Shown here piece after piece: positions 22,970-32,208 of a DNA stretch of 64,000 nt. Positions within the stretch are counted from its first letter, which is position 1. Each line of letters opens with the position of its first letter. A model generated the notes under the pieces. The model was not told where the DNA came from. It saw only the letters and a program-made list of their open reading frames with translations, and did not search any database. The DNA is from Vairimorpha necatrix (taxonomy: Eukaryota): contig CP142729.1 of NCBI GenBank assembly GCA_036630325.1, positions 372,001 through 436,000 on the forward strand, given 5' to 3'. The position numbers and the translations under genes were made by a program.

Positions 22970-24590
22970 TAAAATATCAAAAAATTAAGCACAGAAACAA
23001 ATCAAAACATCTAATGGACGACAAATGATTAACGGTTGTTAATTAGTATAACAAAGCATACTTATTTGCATTAAAACGTTAAGGCATTGTCATAATCAAG
23101 ATCAACATATAAAAATTTGAAAGTCCAAGAATGAACACATAAGTTAGTCTCTGTGTTACAAGGCGACTGACTTCTAGGTAGGGCAGTTTTCATATGAGTA
23201 AATTTTTATAAAAAAAATTATAGTGTATTCTTTTATACAAAAAGGAAAAATTAGAAGTATCGATGGAAGTAACAAAAATGAGAGGATTAAAGCAAAATTC
23301 TCCCGTTTCCACCTCGATATATAAGTTAACATATTCTTCTGAACATATTTTAAAAAAATTATAAACTCTTAATAAAATTTTTAACGTGAATAAGTTTATT
23401 AAGTGTATATACAAAAAAAACTTTACAGGCTAAAAGAGACAAAATGGCCTTTTTAACTTCTAAATCAGTTCTAATCTTTGGCTTATCTAAGGAAGGGTCT
23501 TCTGAGTGCCATTGAAAAAACGAGTATTCTCAAATGAATGTGTAATTATTGAAGCGCAAAGCTGCATTTCATATGACGCATTTAACGGCATAAGAGTTAT
23601 TTTATAATAAGGATTGTACGTGAACATATGGGCAGAACACGATTGAATTAATTCATCAAGTATACTTTCTATAGTATAGTATTATAAGTTATAAAAACAG
23701 CATAAATTTTAAAACAGAACATGAGCCTTTAGCAAGAAATTTAATAAAAAATAGAGAAAGAATTTATGTAAATGACATTATATCGTATACTAAAATGAGC
23801 AAAATGAACAGTTATTAAGGGTATTACAAAAATTACTTTAAAACAATGGAAAGTTGATTGCATTTTGTAAAAAATACAGTAAATAGTAAAATAAATTATG
23901 TTTATGTTAAGCATATAAAACATAGCATTATCAATATTTGATAACGCACAAAATATTCTTCTATTATTAACTAATTCAATTGAGGTTAGAAGATTTAAGA
24001 ATATTGTTTGGTTCAAGGATTTTCGAGGGACTACGCTTGAATTAAGGGCAAAATTAACAAATATGTAATAAATAGTACAAAGTATTTGTGATAGAGGAGA
24101 AATATATATATATTTCGAATTTACTTATTTATGGAATTTTAAGCTTTGAAAAAATACATAGTTGTAATTATAATGGAGTGGTAGCTTTTTACTGGGTTTA
24201 TATTGTTGGTCTAGATGAGTGTTGTTACATGTAATGGCCAAAATGATAAGGTATTTATAATAGCTAAAAATACATTGGTACTAAAGTCGATTCAGGATAA
24301 CAAGAAATGTGCGTGTGTTTCAATGCTTAAGAAATCCGAATTGCGAGGTAAAGGATTAGTTTTAAAATGATCACAAGCTTTATATGAGCATAGAAATAAT
24401 CTCGATTTTTGACTATCGTATTAAATGTGTGCTGAGAGTGTAAAGATTAAATATTTTAAGTAAAATATAAGACATTGTTTACTCAATTGAGCCAGGAACG
24501 CCGTGTTTCAAACAATAAATTAAAATTAGAATAAAAAAGAGGGTTAAAATTCGAGATTCAAGATGTAATTGTAAACTTTATAAAATAGAC

Positions 24591-25175
24591 GGTTAAAGTA
24601 ACCTTTTACTAATATTTTTCGATATAGGGGTTGTTTGTTTTTTTTTTGCCCTTTTTTTCGAAAACGGAGGAAAGAATTCGGACAGGAGAATAATTAGAAA
24701 TGTCCTATAAATGGTTTTTTAGACTATAACGTGATAAAAGTGTACAATATATAATTTCAAATTATTAATTACATGTTTTAATGAGGTTCATGTCCTTATA
24801 AACAGAGTTACCAAGAAAATAAATTTTTAACTGGTTTATCACTTTAAATTAATTTGTGAACTAAACAGAATTCTTATATTACAGTTACTTTTGCTCATTC
24901 TCATGTCTAATCAAAAAAGAAATTTTACTACCTGTTATAAAAGGTTAAACTAAGACCTCTTATTAACATAAATAAAGTTCAAAGCGGAACATTATTATTG
25001 TATGCGATGTTCATTTATATTATTAAATTTACATTTTATTCTAATTTACATTTGGTTGATTTTTATTTATTTTTGTTTTTTTCCTTAAATTCTCTTGTCT
25101 CTTTTTTCGAAAAAAGGGGCAAAAAAAATCAAAAAACCCTATATCGAAAAATATTAGTAGAAGGTTACTTTAGCC
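24591..25175. mobile_element. Non-autonomous, internally deleted Merlin derivative (585 bp)
   Basis: TIRs GG(T/C)TAAAGTAACCTT(T/C)TACTAATATTTTTCGATATAGGG..., related to the TIRs of 35302-36310. The interior starts like that transposase's 5' end but has no ORF. TSD only partial (AAATAGAC/AAATTTTC). Confidence 0.8.
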
Positions 25176-25714
25176 AAATTTTCTAATAAAGTACTAAAAT
25201 TCAAGTTAAAATATAGCTAAAATCATTTATTTTGTATGTTTTACTGACTTTAGCCCAGGATTAAGTTATCGATTGAAAAAATTTAATTTCGCATAATACG
25301 TCAAATATACAAAAAAATTAGCAAAGGATTCGATTATTCACCTACGGTAGGTATATAATTGATCTGATTAACATTAAATGGCAATAAAGAAAACTTTTTT
25401 GCAGTCTTTGCTGTAAATTAATTACAAATAGTCTTTGGGAAAATGAATAAATTTCAAGTGATACTAAAATAAAAGTGAAAAAACATCTTCTATTTTAAAT
25501 AGATAATTTGATCGCAGAAACTTGCTTTCATATTACTATATTGTGTTTAAAACAGTTTTACTAAGTTGTGTAAATATTTTAACGATACGTACCGAGAAAA
25601 GCATTAAGCCATAGGATTATCGGCTAGGTTATAAAACATTAAGGATAACCTCCCGAACGTATCAAAAATTATAACGCGTTTTTTATTAAATTTTACGAAT
25701 TTAAAAAAATATAA

Positions 25715-26000
25715 TTTATGTTTTCACGTTGGACTGAAGCTTCCCATTGTAGGCAATAGACGATTATACATGAGCCCTTATAATTGGAAGTTGCAATGCA
25801 ATTAAGATGGTAATTAAATAAAAAAATAGTAAAAACGACCAAAAGGAAAATTTTAAAAGAGATAAGACGCATTATAGAATGTTTTAGAAATCTATGATAA
25901 TATAGGTCTTTCCTTAGACTACTAATTTAAAATACTATGAAATACTTATTTGATTAAGAACGCATATGCGGAAAAGAACATAGAAACTAAAGTAAATCTA
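25715..26000 (+). pseudogene. Possible highly decayed retroviral-type integrase remnant
   Basis: Short translations FSRWTEA (~25722) and NAYAEK (~25959) resemble rve integrase motifs in the right order. No open frame. Confidence 0.3.
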
Positions 26001-26685
26001 AGAAACGCGACTGTCCGAAAGAGGATTTATATCATATTGGGCGGGTAAACATAAATTATATAGACTTATATACATGCCTAAGAACCAATTGTATGGTTTT
26101 TACTCCACATAAAAATATAGAAATAAATTGTACTTCAAACAAAATTTCCTAGGGTCGATGGCCAGAAAAGAAAATGTTTAAAAAATATGTAGCATCATTG
26201 AAGTTAGAAAAGCAAAAAAATTTTTATACAGAGAGTATATTAAAATTAAGCACACATGAAAAAAAGTAAGACTTCTTAAATTTATAACTTGGCTTTTAGA
26301 AGAAGATCTTTGACTTATAAAAGAATTTTGTGTCTGTTGTAATTTATAAAGACGATTAAAATGATTCGATGAACTGAAAACTGTCGACGAAATTTCATCA
26401 AGGCTTAATTTTGTATAATTAAGTAACATAATAGTGCTTTTATTATACATTTATGGCGTTTTTATTTTTTGACGGCAAAACTTCAGGGTAGTATTCTTAA
26501 AAATTTCACCTCATAGATGTATAAGATGACGAGATAGAAAAACTTAAATGACAAAATATATTTTTAATTCTAAAAAGTTAAAGAAAGTTTGTACTGAAAA
26601 AATGCATTATTTAGGTGTATATAAAACGTTTGTACACTATTTTTTTATTTTAGAAAGTAATCTATTGGTAATTGTTGAAAGTATA

Positions 26686-26732
26686 ACATGTCAAATGTCA
26701 TCAAATTATTTATCAAATGACATTTGACATGT
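26686..26732. repeat. Perfect 16-bp inverted repeat (15-nt spacer) built of TGACA motifs
   Basis: ACATGTCAAATGTCAT (26686-26701) / ATGACATTTGACATGT (26717-26732). Confidence 0.8.
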
Positions 26733-28889
26733 GACATTTGAACTATAAATTCCGTAAATAAATAAACCCATGTTTTCTAATAACAGTTTTGCGTACAACA
26801 GTAATAAATATAAATGCCATTTTTTGCGGGCATAAATCTATAATACGTTGAAATGAAAATTTGACTGATTTAAAATGTTAGATTAATAAAATCAATAAAG
26901 AATTTTAACTTTACAATATACAAGTTAAATAATTTAAAAATATCAAAAGAACTTAAAACTTATTTTGTAGTGAATATTTTTTTAAGAGTTTGATATATTG
27001 AAATGAATAAATGTTAAAAAAAGGAATATACCCAGAAGTAGACTTTAGAAATATAAAGTGTTAAAAGCATCATAAATAAAAAATTCTTATTTGGCAAGTA
27101 ATATAGAAATCATGATTCCTCTTAACATTAAATACATTGGTATCTTCTTTTTTAACTTTTGATGTGTAAAATGCTATTTTGAAAAAATATCTTTCAAAAA
27201 AAAACTAGAACTTGCAAACTTATTCTCTAAGAACGTTTATATGTGTTCATATTAACACATATGTCCAATTTCAGATCGAACGTAGCAAAATGCAAAATGT
27301 ATTAAAGGTTTAACACATTTTCGAATGCTATTTTTACATATTTTTGCAAAAAAATTAGTGGGAATATGCATATATTTATATAATATGAAAATTGAATGAT
27401 GTAGTCATTCAAGAATACGTTTTTATTATAATCAATTTTGTTTCTTTCATCTACATAGTCTTAAGGGCACATTTCCTTTTATGTTGGTGAGCGGGAAACT
27501 ATTGTACATTTTCGCTTAATTAACAATGTGTTGAAAAAGAGGAAAATACATATAGAATAGTATTCTTGAGTCTCCAGGGTGTTCAAAGTACCACTAAAGA
27601 TCCGCTCATTGGCATATTATATTTTAGATGGTCATTGCATTTACATGATTCATATTTTTTCTTTTATGATGCTGAAAGACATTAAAAAATTATAAAATCT
27701 AAAACTTGTACTTTTTAATTGAATTGTTGCCATTAATAAAATCGGCAACAACTCAAGGATACATCTTATGATGGTGCACTGATAAAAAAGAGCAATAATT
27801 TAATTGGTCTTATTTATAAACAAAGTAACTAATTTTTAATATAAAATAAGGTAGACGGCGCAGATTTTTTAATGTTGATATGATTATCATTACATGTTTA
27901 TAAATATCTCAATAGTCCATACTATGGTCCAATTGCATGTAAAAAAAAATATATGCCATACGTAATCCTTTTGTAGCTTTGTTTTACACAATATTATCGC
28001 ATATAGCATAAAATTTGCAATAATGTATCTGCAAATATAATTTCGAGACTTTCCAGTTACAGGATAAAAGCGAGTTTAAATTCTATTATATACAATGAGT
28101 AAATTACGAACAAATAACGTAAAACATTCTTTTTCAGACGAGGGGGCATTTCTACACAATCATATATGGGCTGTAGTCACTATTAAAGAAATATGATAGC
28201 TTTGTTGAAACATAAATTTTGCATTTCATTACAAATCTTTTTATTCTTTGCGAAAACCAGATATAAAGGCAGAAAATACTTATTTGCATCATTTTAGATT
28301 ATAATTAATCTATTTTGCAATGAAAGTATATTGTATATATATTTATTTTTAATTTTTAAATGGATTTAGAAAAGATGTTTTTTTTTCTAAAGATTGATTA
28401 TTTACGCGAAATAATAAATTTTAAAAGATTATAATATTTTTTTTTGTGAGTAAATTAAGATGACGATTCCAGAGTTACTAGGAAATAGCACATATTTTGT
28501 TAATTTTATGTATAATAAATGTTCGGTTGTACGTATTGCATTTATTTATGTTATTTCACTAACATAACCTATTTAATATTTAAAAAAACAATGTACCTAA
28601 GGCAATGAAGTAAGAGAGGTGCAGACAAAATTTATAAGAAGAATTAGAAGGTCTAGTATTATACTTTGTAATTCGACTTCAAATTTTCTAATATACTCGA
28701 GAAACCTCCGGAAATATATATTTGATTTATATAGTATCCGAGAGCAATAATAAATGCGTAATAAAAATTCAAATAGAAGTTTAAAATATATTAGAAGCCT
28801 TATGGGCTAGTTAAATGGTATATATAGCTCAAAATAATATACCATTATTATTTTTGTTTAACATTATGAGTAACAGGGCCGTTATTACA

Positions 28890-28927
28890 TGTAGGGTTTA
28901 GAACCCTTAATAAATAAATGGTTAACA
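28890..28927 (+). repeat. 5' LTR of element D (38 bp)
   Basis: TGTAGGGTTTAGAACCCTTAATAAATAAATGGTTAACA. Confidence 0.95.
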
Positions 28928-31900
28928 TGGCGAACACAAGGATGAACAGGGAAACAAGAGAGTCCCGTAGTCAAGAGGCTAGAACATTAGAGAAAGAGGC
29001 AATTAGGATAGATAAGAGACTAAAGTTAATATTGAAAGTTGAGAAAGTTGAGTGGAAAGATGTTATGGATTTGGCATCTGCGAACTTGCAGGATTATATT
29101 TTTGAAAATTTTTGTGACGGAAGGAGCAGTTGGGAGGAAATTTATAAAGGCTTACAAAAAGGAGCAGAATTTGAGAGAGAGTCAGAAGAAAGACAAGAAA
29201 TGATTAAAGAGATTATGGATAAAGTGTTGAAAGAGTTTAGGGAAGAAAGAAAAGAAAATCTTAGGATGTATAGGAAAAGAAGAGAAATCAGAGAAACTAC
29301 AAAATGTTTTATATGTAAGAAAGAAGGGCATTACGCTAGAGAATGTCATGAAAGTGTAGCTGGTAGGGAAAAATATAAAATTAAAAAGGAACAAGTTTTA
29401 CAGAAAGAACCAATTATCAACAATGAAGGGAAAAGATGTAAAACAGTAAATAAGTTAGAAAATTTAATTGAAAAGTATCCGGAAGTTTTTAAAGAATCAG
29501 AAGAAAAGATAAAATATCTCACAGGAGAGAAGTGTCCAATAAATACTAAGCAAGGTGAAAAGGTTGTGAAAAGAGGGCAGAATGTGCCATACTACCTTAG
29601 GGTGAAATTTGAGGAGTACTTGAATAAGTTGGAAAATAGAGGGGTTATAAGACGTTCCAAAAGTGAGTGGAGGAGTCCAATAAGAGCACTTGAAAAACCA
29701 AATGGGGACGTAAGATTGGTAAGCAATTTGATGGCGTTAAACGATTTGGTTGACAAGGACCCGTACTCACTACCGTTAATTAAGGATATTATGAGAGCCA
29801 CACAGGGGTCAAAAGTATTTACGGTTATCGACTTAAAAGAAGGGTTTTATCATATTGAGATTGAGGAGCACCATAAGCACAAAACAGCATTTGAAGTGAA
29901 TGGTCGAGTATACGAATGGAATAGTATGGTTATGGGGTTTAAGAATTCGCCTCATATAATGCAGAGAGTAATGAACAGAGTTTTAGATGAATTCAGAGGT
30001 AAAGGCGTGGAAGTATATATGGATGATATAGTTATTCATGGTAAAGACGTAAGAGTGCATGACGAGTTACTAGAGAAGGTAATTAAAAAGTTTAAAGAGT
30101 GTGGGTTGAGAATAAACCAAACAAAGATACAATACAAAAAAGATGAGGTGATGTTGCTGGGAGTAACAATTAATGGGGAGGTCATGGGACCGAATGAGAT
30201 TAAAAAGCAGGAGACATTGGAATATAGAAAACCTGAGAATGTTAGAGAGTTAAGAAGATTTTTAGGACTAACTGGTTGGTTTAGAGACTTTATTCCCAAC
30301 TATGCGTATAGAACAGTAAGGCTTACTGAGGCTTTAAAGAAAGATGTTAAGTGGAATTGGACGGAGGATATGGAAAGAGCTTTTGAGGATATGAAGCAAG
30401 GCTTGAGAGATATGAAAAAGTTGAAGATTCCGGACGGAAAAAAGCTATTTAGAGTAAGAACTGATGCGTGTGATACGGGGATCGGAGCAATTCTATTACA
30501 AGAAAATAAAGAGGGTGAGTGGATTCCGATACAATGGGCATCGAAAATGTTGACTCCTACCGAGCGAAGATATACGATAAGTGAGAAGGAGATGTTGGCG
30601 GTGTTTTTTGGAATAAAGAAGTTTGAAAGTGATTTGAGAGGAAGGAAATTTCATTTGATGACGGATCATAAAGCATTAGCAGAGATCAGAAATAAGCCAT
30701 ACTTCAATAATAACAGAATAAACAGATGGGTAGAACAGATACAAGAGTTTGACTTTACAATAGAATATGTGAAAGGGGAGTTGATGACAGATGCAGATGC
30801 GTTAAGCAGGCAGTATGATCAGGTAGAAGTTTCGTATGAACAAAAAGAAAAGGACAACAAGAGAAAAGAAGTGATCGAAAAACAAATTTTGGGAAAAAAG
30901 CAGAAACATATTAAAGAAAAGGACGGTAAACAGTATTGGGAATTTTCCACAGGTGAGGTGAAAGAGATATTGAGCCTAGATAGTAGAGAACATGAAATAA
31001 CAAGAGTACATGAGGAGTTAAACCATAGAGGTGTCAAAGGCACTTATTATAACATTAAACAAAGATGGTATTGGCCTGGTATGAAAGATCATATTAATAA
31101 GGTAATTAAGAATTGTGAAATATGTGGGATTAACAATAGGAAAAACACAGGAGGATGTGATTTCGTAGTAACTAGAAAGAAATTGGAGAAAGTGGCGTTG
31201 GATTTAATGGACATAGGTGGAGAGAATAGGTATGTGTTACTGGGTATTGATTACTTTACTAGAAGGTTGTGGGGTTCGAATTTGAGATGTAAAGAGAGTA
31301 GTGAAGTTATAGAGGTATTACAAAAGTGGATAAGGGAAGATGGATTTCCAGAGGAATATGTGACAGACAACGGAAAAGAGTTTGTAAGTAATAGATTTAA
31401 AGAATGGTGTAGTATTAATGATATTAAACATAGGAAAGTGGGTTTAGAAGCTCATAGGAGTAATGGTAGAATCGAGAGATGCATCAGAACTATAAGAGAG
31501 ACATTGATAAAGCAAAATGATGGGAATATTTCTGAAAAGATAGAAAGAGCAATCAAAGGATATAATAATACACTACATACAGCAATAAAATGTACGCCGA
31601 TGGAAGCGTGGAGAGATCAAACTGCTGAAGTTATAATTGAAAATGATGAAAATGGAAAATATGCTGGTCGGTTCAAGAGAAGACACAGAGAGACATTTAC
31701 AGTAGGCCAAGAGGTAAGAATCGCTAGGAGAGAAAATTTAGGTACACGTGCGAAAACAGACAAGGGAAGATTCACGGGTCGCGGAAGGATCGTAGCTATA
31801 AGTGAAAATGATTCATATATTGTGAGACTACTGGATGGTAAAATTGTTAAAAAGAGGCATTATGATTTGAAAGAGATAAGGAAGAGTTGTTTAGAAGATG

Positions 31901-31938
31901 GAGAGACTACCCGTCTGGAGGGGGGATGTAGGGTTTAG
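28918..31938 (+). CDS. Single polyprotein: vestigial Gag + CCHC knuckle + RT + RNase H + integrase (no protease), 1006 aa (or 1003 aa from ATG 28927)
   Basis: CFICKKEGHYAREC, IDLKEGFYH, MVMGFKNSP, VYMDD, VRTDACDTGIGAIL, SEKEML, TDHKAL, HEELNH..CEIC, LDL, TDNGKEF, NGRIER. No D[ST]G protease motif between the knuckle and RT. Confidence 0.95.
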   Translation: MVNMANTRMNRETRESRSQEARTLEKEAIRIDKRLKLILKVEKVEWKDVMDLASANLQDYIFENFCDGRSSWEEIYKGLQKGAEFERESEERQEMIKEIMDKVLKEFREERKENLRMYRKRREIRETTKCFICKKEGHYARECHESVAGREKYKIKKEQVLQKEPIINNEGKRCKTVNKLENLIEKYPEVFKESEEKIKYLTGEKCPINTKQGEKVVKRGQNVPYYLRVKFEEYLNKLENRGVIRRSKSEWRSPIRALEKPNGDVRLVSNLMALNDLVDKDPYSLPLIKDIMRATQGSKVFTVIDLKEGFYHIEIEEHHKHKTAFEVNGRVYEWNSMVMGFKNSPHIMQRVMNRVLDEFRGKGVEVYMDDIVIHGKDVRVHDELLEKVIKKFKECGLRINQTKIQYKKDEVMLLGVTINGEVMGPNEIKKQETLEYRKPENVRELRRFLGLTGWFRDFIPNYAYRTVRLTEALKKDVKWNWTEDMERAFEDMKQGLRDMKKLKIPDGKKLFRVRTDACDTGIGAILLQENKEGEWIPIQWASKMLTPTERRYTISEKEMLAVFFGIKKFESDLRGRKFHLMTDHKALAEIRNKPYFNNNRINRWVEQIQEFDFTIEYVKGELMTDADALSRQYDQVEVSYEQKEKDNKRKEVIEKQILGKKQKHIKEKDGKQYWEFSTGEVKEILSLDSREHEITRVHEELNHRGVKGTYYNIKQRWYWPGMKDHINKVIKNCEICGINNRKNTGGCDFVVTRKKLEKVALDLMDIGGENRYVLLGIDYFTRRLWGSNLRCKESSEVIEVLQKWIREDGFPEEYVTDNGKEFVSNRFKEWCSINDIKHRKVGLEAHRSNGRIERCIRTIRETLIKQNDGNISEKIERAIKGYNNTLHTAIKCTPMEAWRDQTAEVIIENDENGKYAGRFKRRHRETFTVGQEVRIARRENLGTRAKTDKGRFTGRGRIVAISENDSYIVRLLDGKIVKKRHYDLKEIRKSCLEDGETTRLEGGCRV

Positions 31939-31964
31939 AACCCTTAATAAATAAATGGTTAACA
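31927..31964 (+). repeat. 3' LTR of element D (38 bp)
   Basis: Identical to 28890-28927 and contains the ORF stop codon. Confidence 0.95.
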
Positions 31965-32208
31965 TTACATTTAAATTGTAATAAATAAGGTATTTTATGT
32001 ATTTATTATTAATACTCACAAGTACGGGAAGAATTCAAATACTGAACACAAAAACAATTAAATATTTAATTATATCAATTTTAGCTCTGACGTGTTATTA
32101 AAAATACATAAATATACAATTAAGCCATAAAGCCGAACTTCATCATGCGATGTATATTTTATGCATCAAATACATATGAATGGATTGCCAATTAATAAAT
32201 TTATTTGT

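Larger units (their letters stand above)
28890..31964 (+). mobile_element. Miniature intact Ty3/gypsy element D (3075 bp) with 38-bp LTRs
   Basis: Identical LTRs at 28890-28927 and 31927-31964. Perfect TSD TTACA (28885-28889 and 31965-31969), PBS-like TGGCGAACAC at 28928, PPT GGAGGGGGGA ending at 31926. Confidence 0.96.

Noticed and set aside
28892-28901. Telomere-like TAGGGTTTAG in the 38-bp LTR
   Set aside because: Less than two repeat units, explained by the hairpin and coding frame. Insertion sites are not telomeric repeats.
29182-31043. Antisense ORFs within retroelements and L770 genes (e.g. 29592-29801, 30036-30299, 10716-10976, 32606-32935, 52496-52864)
   Set aside because: Shadow frames of purine-rich coding strands with no independent support.
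28890-31964. 38-bp hairpin-containing direct repeats as CRISPR repeats or recombination sites
   Set aside because: Only two copies 3 kb apart, with PBS, PPT and TSD exactly where LTRs require. No spacers or cas genes.
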